A stretch of 64,000 nt of DNA from Candidatus Bathyarchaeota archaeon (GTDB taxonomy: Archaea > Thermoproteota > Bathyarchaeia > Bathyarchaeales > Bathycorpusculaceae). How positions within the stretch are numbered: the first letter of the stretch is position 1; the number at the start of each line of letters is the position of its first letter. Under the pieces are notes generated by a model that saw nothing but the letters and a program-made list of their open reading frames with translations, did not search any database and had not been told where the DNA came from. Positions 42,319 to 51,814 of this stretch are shown here, piece by piece. Location: the NCBI GenBank assembly GCA_963827165.1, contig CAWGZR010000010.1, positions 160,001 through 224,000 of the forward strand. Direction: 5' to 3'. A program made the position numbers and the translations under genes.

Positions 42319-42444
42319 TGTTTAACCTTCATGTACTCGGTAATAGCCCTTAGAAACTTAGCTAAATAGTCCTTTCTTCTACAGCTTCGGCTAATGCTTC
42401 AAAGAGGACGTTAACCACGACACTCTAACTTTTCTCGCCCTGAA

Positions 42445-42585
42445 TCACTCGTATTTAGATACGTACCTCTTTTCAAGTGGTAATTCATAGCCAAATTCCT
42501 TTTTAATCACTTTCTTAATTATTTCTCGGTTAGCTTCAATGCGTATTTTCTTAGTTTTTAATTGCTTTAAAATCTCGTTGTCCAC
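42445..42585 (-). CDS. Small basic hypothetical protein (46 aa)
   Basis: GTG start after GGTG, own promoter-like repeat upstream. Confidence 0.4.
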   Translation of the reverse strand: MDNEILKQLKTKKIRIEANREIIKKVIKKEFGYELPLEKRYVSKYE

Positions 42586-42720
42586 ACATCATTTTTTCAC
42601 CTTAATTCTATTTCAGGCTATACAGATTTAAGACTTATTATGAAAATAACTTACCAGAAATTCATAAATCTTATTTCTTTTTTAGAAAATAACAATTGGT
42701 TATCTGACGTCTGTTAGTAG

Positions 42721-42987
42721 ATGATAGGTATGGACATAGACAAGAAAGAAACTAAACAAGTTTTGAAAGTAGAATTTTTAAAAGAGTTACTTAAAGAAAT
42801 GGCTAACTCTGAAGAATTTAAAGATGACAAAGATTTAATTGAAAACTATTTAATAGTAGAGAATAACGCAAAAATATCCTTTAGTTGGCGTTATTGGATT
42901 CAATCACATGGTGTTCCCGATAAAAGAGTTGAAGAAACCTTAACAAGAATAATTAATTGGTTGGCTTCTAAATTGAGTGACCAATAG
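42721..42987 (+). CDS. Hypothetical protein
   Basis: Clean ORF with upstream promoter-like repeat. Confidence 0.55.
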   Translation: MIGMDIDKKETKQVLKVEFLKELLKEMANSEEFKDDKDLIENYLIVENNAKISFSWRYWIQSHGVPDKRVEETLTRIINWLASKLSDQ

Positions 42988-43132
42988 CTTAAAACACAAT
43001 CAGCCGAACAAAAACATTCTTAGTAAGAAAATTGTCTATTATTTACCCGTCAACATTTCAAATTCATAAATCGTAAATATGCTTAGAAATAGCCTTGAAA
43101 GTAAAGAAGCACCTAACCTCGGTCACAGTAAC

Positions 43133-44211
43133 ATGCCAATTGAACCTTTAAGATGTAAAGTATGCGGTGGATTATTAGATGACAGACTTAAGTGTCAACA
43201 CTGCGGAACGCTTCACGAGAGAGTAGAAAATAGGCTTGAAATCATTAGAGTTTGTCCTAAACATTTGATTGGATATTCCGTTTCTGAGTGCCCTAAATGC
43301 ATAGAAGAGCAACAAGCACTAATACTCTATAATCAAGAGCAAGCAAGATTATCTGCTGAAAAAGAAGGGGCACTTAGAAAAGAAAGAGAGGCATTTGAAA
43401 AAGAAAAGTTAAGAAGAATAGAACAAGCAAGACTCGAACATGAACAATGGAAGAAAAGCGCTTACCCCAAACTAAAGAAACTTAGTGTTGTAGCTCTCTT
43501 ATGCTTGATAATTGGGGTTGCTGGTATTTGCTTATCAACAGAGAATTACATATCTCATAATGTTAATGTTGTATCTCATACATCTACTTCGTATGAGCTA
43601 CCTGTTCCAAGTCCCACTCCAACATCAGTAGCACCAACTTCACCGATAACAGTAATTAGTAATAATGGCTTGTTATGATTTCAACCTTTGGGATGGTGAA
43701 CTTAGCGGTATTGATGTTTCTGCTCAACATTTACTGTTCTTCCGTTTCAGTCTATTTGAATAATGGAGAAGCATCTAATTTTCTGTGGACAGACGATTTT
43801 GGTGGTCTTGGTTTACCTAATGGTATTGATGTTATTAGTTTCTCTAAATTGGTTTCTGGTGACACTTATTTTATTTCCGCTACTTATGCTACTGAATATG
43901 ATGGACCAGAATCTTGGGTTACACTGAATGCTACAATAATGATTAATTATATTCCAACAGCCACCCAATTAAATGAATTAGTTAATGGAATGCCTACACC
44001 ACAACCAACTTCACAACCTACAGGGAAATATGTTACTCACACAACCATACTAAATGAAACATACTCTTTCAATCAAGGAATGAGCAAAATAAGCACAAGC
44101 ACAATAGGAATTACTGAAATTCTCTTAATAGTGATTGGAGCCCTTATTCTTGTTGCTATACCGATTGTAGTATATTCAAAAAGCTGTTATGAACTTGAGC
44201 AAGCACCCTGA
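43133..44211 (+). CDS. Zn-ribbon + coiled-coil + TM + extracellular domain + TM protein; probably one gene split near 43675-43730
   Basis: CKVC/CQHC/CPKH/CPKC, TM and PT linker in the first ORF; overlapping second ORF ends in a TM. Confidence 0.5.
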
Positions 44212-44241
44212 CGTTCAATGACATAGATAAAAAAAATGATG

Positions 44242-44326
44242 TTACCGAGAACAAAAATACTCGGTAAAAGAAATTAATGATACTTGGGGTTTTTGTTCCC
44301 GTAAAGCTCTTGATAGAGTTCTACGG
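44242..44326. terminator. Two hairpins between convergent transcription units
   Basis: TTACCGAG-N10-CTCGGTAA and CCGTAAAGCTCT-TGAT-AGAGTTCTACGG followed by a T-run. Confidence 0.45.
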
Positions 44327-44405
44327 TTTTCTCTTACTTAACCCTATTTGCGTTAAGATTTCTTCTTTAGTGTCTTCTTTGTTGCTCATCAGAAGAACTT
44401 TCTTC

Positions 44406-45085
44406 TTAGTCTGAGTTGTCTGCTAATTCTTCTGGGGTTTGAAACTTTATCGTGTAAGGCTTATTTTCTACTTGTTCAGGTGCTTTGTCTTGGATAACAA
44501 CTGTCCACTTGTTGCTAATGGGGAGATTGGTTTTTGGTATCATACTTGGCTGTGTAATCTTAAGCGTCTTTGTTTTAGGGTCTATCTCTGCCATTCTGTC
44601 AGTACTGGTAAAAGCTTCCGATTGAGCCTTCTCGATAGTCAGCGTTTCCATTTCCAGTAGGAATAAGTAAACCGTATCCAGTAGTTGAAACGTAGATTGT
44701 GATAGGAACAAAAGTCATAGTGCCCATGTTTCTACCTTTTGCTAAGAATCTCTGTAAAATTGTATTGTACTCGGTTTGAAGGTCTTCTCTATACTGTACC
44801 TGATGAACGTGTTATTTGTGGGTCTAACTCGTATAGTCTGTCTAAGTCTTCTATTTGGTATTTGTCTAAGCCCTCTGTTAATTGTGCTCGCTCTGCTTCT
44901 TTTCGTCTCTGTTGTTGCTCTGCGTTTACCTTAGCTGATAATGCTAAGTTTCGGTCTCTTTGTTCTCGCTCTGCTATTCGTCTTTGTTTATCTGCTTCAA
45001 CTATTGCTTTTCTTTCTTCTATTTCCTGTTGCCTTTGCGCTTCTAATTCCTCTGGTGTTGGCTGTTTAGAATTAATCAAAATCAT
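44406..45085 (-). CDS. Hypothetical element protein(s), coiled-coil N-terminus, likely frameshift-split
   Basis: Track ORFs 44789-45085 and 44406-44711 with coding-like sequence between them. Confidence 0.4.
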
Positions 45086-46139
45086 TCACGCTACTAAGAT
45101 TGCTCACTTCGTTTATTCTCTAAGTCAACAGAGAAATTGGATAAAAACTTGCTGTTTAACTGTTGAATGCTAATCTCCTTAGCTCTCGGGAGACTTTGTT
45201 TGGTTTGGACATGCTTTTTAATAGAATAACCTCCCTATCCGTATCCTGTCTATACTGAAAACCTTTTAATTCTTTAGCCATTAGTGGCACTTCCCCGAGT
45301 TGCATTGAGCTTGAAAATATCGTTTCAGAAGTCTAATTCGCTCTTTAGCTTTAGGAGAAGGTAAACCGAATTGTAGTTAGGAGAGCTATATCTCCTTCTA
45401 ACTTTGCGATTTTAGCTAATCCTATTCTCTTCTAACTGGACACTTAGACTTATCACAGTCATTATGTCTGAAAGCGTGTTTTTTGATTGTTGACATTAGT
45501 TATACCATCCGTATTGCGAATTTATCTCTGCACTCAATTCTTTGAAAGAGAATCCAGTGTTCAATACGATGCACAAGAATAGACTATGCTGAAGACTTAG
45601 CGTCTGTTTTCTTGTCACAAGTTGGATACAGACATTTCTTACTAGATAACTGCTAAAGTGACCTAAGCTTCGACCATTTAGCAAAACTTCCCCTGAGCAT
45701 TTCTTTTTCTTGGGGTAGGATGGTCTCGGTGACATCTTTTACCACAAGAGACTTTATCAGGGTCATAAGTTCGAAAGGCTTCACCTGCACTTTGACACAA
45801 TTTCTTATGTAGAATGAGACTGGGCTAATATTGACTAAGTTAGACAATTTGACCGACCTCGTATCTCTCGGCGTTATGAAAAACTTTACATCTTAGCTTA
45901 TGAACTTCTATTTTCTCTTCTTTGTCCCGACATTTGTTTGGATTAGGATTATGTTTGCTGTATCTAAATTTAGCAAGTGGATTAGCCTTATGATACCGTT
46001 CTTTTTGAGAAATGGATTGTTCTTTTTTAAAATCTGGATGTGACTTCGAGGAGTTCTAAGATATTTTGCATGACCCTTCATTTTTTTAATTAACTTGTTT
46101 CTCAAGAATAAACTTTGTATATTCAGCTTCAATATCACT

Positions 46140-46306
46140 CTTAGTTATGTCTAGGGTGTGTTCTTGAAAAGTGTCTTAGTTGGTCAGTGTACCGTTTTCG
46201 CTCTCGTTTGCACTCTTTGCTACAACATACCACTTTTGCATCTTGGCTTCATATACTTGTTTCCAGTGAAGGGGTTCCCACAGACAACACAAATAAAATT
46301 ACTCAT
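46140..46306 (-). pseudogene. Small Zn-finger protein (frameshifted)
   Basis: MSNFICVVCGNPF followed in another frame by VVCCSKECKRERKR. Confidence 0.45.
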
Positions 46307-47309
46307 TCAGGGGTAAGCTCCTTTGGTAGTTCAATCGCTATAATAAAATAGGTTTTCTTGGTTGATAATATTTTAGACATGAAGTCTTTCGCTATGTTTT
46401 CCGCAGACGATGAGTAGTTGCTTTCCTCTTTCGTAGTATCTAATTGAAGTTGATATATCTGGTCTGGATACTTAGCTGCTAATGGATTAAATTTCTCGGC
46501 TACTTTAGAAACATCATCAACGTAGCTTTCTGCCTTAGTGTTAACAGTTTTTGGATGTTGTAGGGCTTCTATCTCTTGAGGTATCTCTTTCAATATCTTC
46601 TTAGATGCTGACTTATCCTTGTATTTCAGGGGGTCATATTTGGCTTTTATTTTCTCTTGAAGCTTTACTCGTCTATCTTTTGTTACGCTTTGATTCCAGT
46701 CTGCTCGTGTTGGGATTAACGCTATGCTTTCATCAACCACAGCAGCAGATTCTAAAAGGTCTAAAGTCTCATGCCATTTATTTTCTTCTATGCATTTCTT
46801 TTGTAATTCTGAGGCTAATTCGGGGTTGCAGGTACTCAGTACCGAGGAGGCTAAAATGAGGTTTAATTTCCTAATCTTTTTGACTGTTTCACTGCTTACT
46901 TTCCCAGTTATTTTACTTGCTACTTCTTTATCTGGAATGTCTTTTTCATAACAATCTTTCCATAAACAGCTAGTGCATGAGTAACTCTCTGGTACATGTT
47001 CGAGTGTTTTTGTTTATCGTCTATTTGAAAAGCGTATTCTTTAGCCTCTTGGATTGATACTAAAGTTTAAGACTTTAAAGGTTATTTTGTAGTCTTCTAA
47101 ACCAATACTCATGTAAAGCGTGGTAACGATGATGACCGTTAATAATGGTTTTATCGGACATAACTTCAATGTCTTCTCTTTGACCTTTACTTTTAAGGTC
47201 TGCTACGAAATCGGCGTATTCTTCTTTTGACATCTTAGGCGATAAAGCTTCAAGCTCTGGGTTAATCTTAAATGGTGCTTGCTATTAATTCTTCTGAGTA
47301 TTCTATCAT
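46303..47309 (-). pseudogene. ParB/Srx-like N-terminal domain + HTH protein, frameshifted; mostly missed by the ORF track
   Basis: INPELEALSPKMSKEEYADFVADLKSKGQREDIEVMSDKTIINGHHRYHAL (ParB GxxR box); later DKEVASKITGKVSSETVKKIRK (HTH) in frame with track ORF 46303-46740. Confidence 0.75.
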
Positions 47310-47753
47310 TCATTGTGTAGTCCATCCATTAACGGTTTTGGCTTTTTGTTTTCTATGTTGCACTCTTTTAAAATCAGAGACGTAACCGAACTTACCAAGC
47401 ACTCTCAATAAGTGCCATGCTTGTTTTCGCTCTTCTCTACCATTATTAAAAGCGTAGAGTAGACCGTCTTTTTTGTTAATATAAATCGTTGGTTTAGTCG
47501 GGTAATTGAATACTATAAATTCTTCTATATCGGAAAAGCTTGTAATGATAAAGTAAACCTTCGCTATTTCTTTCAGCGTTCTAATATCAATCGGCTTAAC
47601 TGTTCCTGTAACTTCATCGTAGAAATTTAGGTCAGTGAATTTTGCTTCTATCTTAATGAGCTTTTCAAAATTTAGACTGTCGTCTACTAAAACATCTCTT
47701 TTTAGAGAAGAATTATTAGTATTAGATAATAAAGCGGTAACCCTCTTACTCAA
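47310..47753 (-). CDS. Hypothetical protein abutting the ParB-like gene
   Basis: Intact 147-aa ORF; TGA directly followed by the next ATG. Confidence 0.6.
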   Translation of the reverse strand: MSKRVTALLSNTNNSSLKRDVLVDDSLNFEKLIKIEAKFTDLNFYDEVTGTVKPIDIRTLKEIAKVYFIITSFSDIEEFIVFNYPTKPTIYINKKDGLLYAFNNGREERKQAWHLLRVLGKFGYVSDFKRVQHRKQKAKTVNGWTTQ

Positions 47754-47765
47754 TACTTACACCTT

Positions 47766-47905
47766 CTAACGTTCTGTTGCATTGAGAGCTTTCAATGCCC
47801 TTGAAATTATAGAATCGTAGGTTTCACAGTCTACTAATTTACTCTCATCCAGAGCTTTGTTTAGTATGACTGTGTGAACTACAACAAGATGTTTGCTTGT
47901 TCCAT
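47766..47905 (-). pseudogene. Small RHH/antitoxin-like DNA-binding protein (1-bp frameshift)
   Basis: TSKHLVVVH...KALDESKLVDCETYDSIISRAL. Confidence 0.45.
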
Positions 47906-47929
47906 ACGTACTATCACTATAGCTATTAA

Positions 47930-49185
47930 GTTTTATCGTGAGTATTATCCTTCAATAGTATGGGTACCAAAGTCGTTTTATAGAAAGATTGAATCCAATG
48001 GAGATTCTTTTATCATTTCCGAATTTAAAGAAGATAACAGTCTCTGACGATGTAATGATCCCACGTCATAGAAGTAACAGTCTATATGTTTCCAAGGAGT
48101 CTTTGTTTTCCTTATAAGGATTTCGAGAACTATGTTGTCTTTGATGTATCTTATCCTAAAAGTCCTTGGTTCTCTTTGTTAATTTGCATGGTAGTTGTCT
48201 ATAGGTTTAAAATGCTTTCTTATAGAACGGTTACATTGTTTAGATATCAGCTTAATCGATCACGACTAACAATTTTTCAATTGATTTAATCATTTCCTTT
48301 AGTAGCTACATCTCTACTTAGTCTTGCCTTCCCTTTACATAATTTGAACAATATACCTTTTCCTGCTGAAGTGTGGTTTTAGCTTTCTTGCCCATAGGAC
48401 ACAATTATCTGTGTTTGTGTCTTCTTTTTTTTGCTGTTCTTTATCTATAACTTTAATTGAGGAATAGATAATTTCGTGTTTTATTAAGCCAACGGAGACT
48501 CTTTGATTAATTTTCTAAATCTTTTGAATCGATAGATTTAGCATGGAAAAGTTTCTTTATTAATGTTTCTTGTTTCTTCTTCTTTCTTACTTATTATATA
48601 GGATATGTTTAGGAGCGTGAAAAGTGGTTTTACATGTATTGACAAATGGTATTCGTTTCGTTTGGTATACAGGTACTGAAATACTCAATGCCTTTGTCTT
48701 CTTTCAATAGTCTACAGATTATTAGCTTTGAATTATTGGTTTCATTAAGAACGAAAATAATTACAAATATGCCTTTGTTGTCTCTATAGTGAATAATGTA
48801 TTTTCAAATATAAAATGAGGTCTAAAGTCTGTAAGTTCTTTCGATTTCTGTCTAAGTATATAATCTATTTCAGAGTCATCGTAACTATCAGGTCTATTCT
48901 ATGCATCTATAATGAGAATGACATCTTACTAATGAGTGAGTATCTCTGATATGACATCGTTTAACACATTCATATACAACATTGCTCGTAGGAGTGTTAG
49001 CCAATTAGAGACTGTAAATCTTGAAACTTCTTTTTCTGTACAAGTTAGAATACTCTCCATTTATGCAAATAAGTAATTGATAGCATAATCAGTTTGTGGC
49101 TCTATTAGAGGGGATCTATACTTGCTAACTGAATCCCTATCCGTTCTAAGTTCTATCAATATCGTGTTTCTTTGAGGTTATCCAT
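47930..49185 (-). pseudogene. Heavily frameshifted large ORF, function unknown (possible Rep/NTPase)
   Basis: AGGAG RBS at the 5' end, A-rich coding-like minus strand, DVILIID Walker-B-like fragment. Confidence 0.3.
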
Positions 49186-49198
49186 CAAACATTATCTC

Positions 49199-49345
49199 CT
49201 ATTTGGTTGTCTTTAGCTTCTCTTTTTCAACCTCAGAGAAAACTCTAACAATAGCTTGCTCAAAGGTTTCTCGTCCTACCATATTTCTTTCTATCAAATC
49301 CTTTGTTGATTGGTGGATTCTGATAGTGCCATTTTTGTCTATCAC
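49199..49345 (-). CDS. Small RHH/CopG-like regulator (48 aa)
   Basis: NGTIRIHQSTKDLIERNMVGRETFEQAIVRVF beta-helix-helix pattern; first gene of the minus-strand operon. Confidence 0.6.
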   Translation of the reverse strand: MIDKNGTIRIHQSTKDLIERNMVGRETFEQAIVRVFSEVEKEKLKTTK

Positions 49346-49363
49346 GTTTATCAATCCTTAATA

Positions 49364-49411
49364 TAGTAGTACAGTGTAGCACTTAATTAAGGTAGTGGTA
49401 CAGTGTGGCAC
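49364..49411. promoter_or_regulatory. 19-bp direct repeats flanking a TATA-like box (probable operators)
   Basis: TAGTAGTACAGTGTAGCAC (49364-49382) and TAGTGGTACAGTGTGGCAC (49393-49411) flank TTAATTAA. Confidence 0.65.
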
Positions 49412-49439
49412 AATTCTACATGCATGTTATATTTGTAAA

Positions 49440-50460
49440 AACAGTTTAAAATCAAAATAAAGCCCATTTTGAGCTTGTAGGTACTCAGTACCTATCGCCT
49501 CATTTTGGGGTTCTTTTTACTTAGTGGCATAAACAGCCGAGAAGAGAAACTTAACACATTATCAATAAATTTTTATGTGTATTTCCAGCCAAACATTAAA
49601 CTCTCAGGGGCACGCACTCAGAAAGTCACAGCCATAATAAAAGTAACTTAGAGACAGCGTAAGCGTAGTTATTTTTTTATTATTTTTAGTGTCAGCCATT
49701 TTCCTCAATGGCTGTCTCGTTGACCATTGATTACGGACATTATTCGTTTAGCTCTTTAGATTGGGTTCTGTTTACTGGTTGCATGTTGAAAACTTAGGTG
49801 TTTACAATCGAATAGAATTAAGGTGTTTAGTCCCTTCGCATGGAGATTATCGAGGGTAGTTCTAACGGGGTCATGGTAATGTCCATGCCAATCAGTAATT
49901 CCCATGCCAATCTCTAAGGACTAATGGCTTCTTTCAGCTAAAAGCCTTCATTTCGATAAGAACCATTTTGAGTCTCTACAGTAAAAACTAAGGCTTGAGT
50001 TTCTGCTCTGTTCGGTATTGGTACGTTATGCTCTAAGGCGTATCTGCTATGCTTTCGGTGCATGGGTGCGGTGACTACCGTCTAACCCCTTAATAGCGCA
50101 CCCTACCATCCCAGAAACTTAGCCACTTAACCAGCACTCAACATACAATCATTGGTCTGGATGTTGGCTTGATGATGAGATTAGGAGTTTTAGAACCGTG
50201 AAGGGGTAAGATGGTACAGGTGGTAAGGCGTTAGTTAACTTTAATTAAAGTTGTATTCGGGTTACTATTCTATTATAATCATTGCAAACGAGCGTAGCCT
50301 GCAAGGCGCAGCGAGAGCAGCTATGTAGTAGGTTTTACGTATCTCTTCACTCGACTTTGAGTAGCTACCTAATAATGATTAGAGTTGCTTATGTAACGAG
50401 AGCGAAGGAAAAGAGCGAAAGTGATAGTACAAACAGAAAAAGCATGAGAAATTAACGATT
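49440..50460. other. ~1-kb non-coding, hairpin- and repeat-rich region (candidate origin or ncRNA)
   Basis: No ORF of 60 aa or more; 17-bp palindrome 49478-49494, nested stems, GAGCG(A/T)A motifs. Confidence 0.45.
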
Positions 50461-50484
50461 GTTGGTAACGGTTTAGTTACCATC

Positions 50485-51697
50485 TCAAGTATTTTCTGCT
50501 TTAAGAATTTCTGCTTCTTGCTCATGCTCTTACTTCATGAATCATGTACCAATTCTTCTATACTGTAGTCTTTAGGCAGTAGTTTACGGTTTTTGAGTGA
50601 GTCCATTAAGATGTCAAACGCATAAGAAATATGGCTGATTTTCTTTTGTTGGTCCAGTTTTGTAGCCTTCAAGTTCACTTTTAATTGCTTCTGGTGTTTG
50701 GGGCAACAAGTAAGGCAATGCAATTTCATATTTAATGAAGTAAGTTCTTTAAAGTCATGGCTCGGAATAATGTGCATCTACACCCTTAACTTTGTGTGCC
50801 ATTAATGAGGACTAATTATGTTTGCGTTGAACACCAGCGTTTTCTAAAGCACTTTGGAAGAATTCCCTTAAGTCATGTGGCGAAAATCGTTTAGTTTCCA
50901 AATCTCCCCATGCGGCAAGGCTCAAATCGTCAAAGATTCCATTCATGCCTTTGATGGTTAGCTCTTGAATTTTGCCTTTCTTCCAGTATGCGATGAATAT
51001 CGGAGAATCGGGTTTCAAATCATAACCTTTCTTTTGTGCTTCCTGTTTGTATGTCATTAACTTCTCGTAAGCGAACTTATGCAAAAACGTAATTTGTTTC
51101 AAGCCTTTGTATTTACCGACTCCAGAGCCTTTTAGTCGTGCACTTTCAACTTCAATAACAAAAGGCACGTTTGGGTTTTCTGTAGGTTTCAAATCTTGCC
51201 ATTTCAATAAAACAAGTGTACCGACCCTAACTGATGTTGAGCCAAAGAACCAAATTAATGCTTTATCCCTTGCTGAATGCGAAACGCTTTCTAAAACTGT
51301 TAAATCTTCAGTTGTTGGCTTGCGCTTTTTAGATTCTAGGGGTTTCATTCTTAACGTTGCTTGCTGTTTGTGCTTCTAATGCTCTCCTGTTATGTTTGTA
51401 GAAACTGAAAACAGCGTTTCTAAGCATAAGTCGGGCTGTTGGTTTCATGTGGGTTTCAGCGAAATAATTTTCTAAAAGGTTCTCTGCTTGCCACTCTTTT
51501 TCTGTTCCTACGTTCTGCAAACCCTCAACTTTTAGTGCAATTAATTGGTCTGGGGTTTTCTGTACAGCATCACAATAAACTTTAAAATATTCTGTGAATT
51601 TCTCTTTTGTCAGTTTACAACTTAGTTTATTTTGCCATGTTTTACCGCTTGCGAAGGTATTAATCCAAGCATCTCTATCTTCATTCATCTTACTCAT
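50485..51697 (-). pseudogene. Tyrosine recombinase/integrase with several frameshifts
   Basis: RDKALIWF..STSVRVG (R), FSPHDLR (HxxR), then LMAHKVKGVDAHY (H, catalytic Y) and KYEIALPYL in shifted frames. Confidence 0.88.
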
Positions 51698-51814
51698 TAG
51701 AAACCCCCCTTGAAATCTTAACTTTTATGGATTCAAAATAATTACTTCTGCTCCCTGAATGAGTAATTCTTAATTACCTCGTCTTCTATGGGTTCTGGCT
51801 TGAGGTTACATGAA

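Larger units (their letters stand above)
41439..51773. mobile_element. ~10.3-kb integrated element (plasmid- or provirus-like) with tyrosine integrase
   Basis: Direct repeat TAATTCTTAA at 41439-41448 and 51764-51773; inverted arms just inside (GGGAGCAGAA 41461-41470, TTCTGCTCCC 51746-51755); AT-rich; integrase, ParB-like and RHH-like genes. Confidence 0.8.

Noticed and set aside
42071-42350. Similar TAACC...ATGTACT...ATAGC segments as integron-like cassette sites
   Set aside because: Similarity is loose, lacks attC-like symmetry and may reflect short coding remnants
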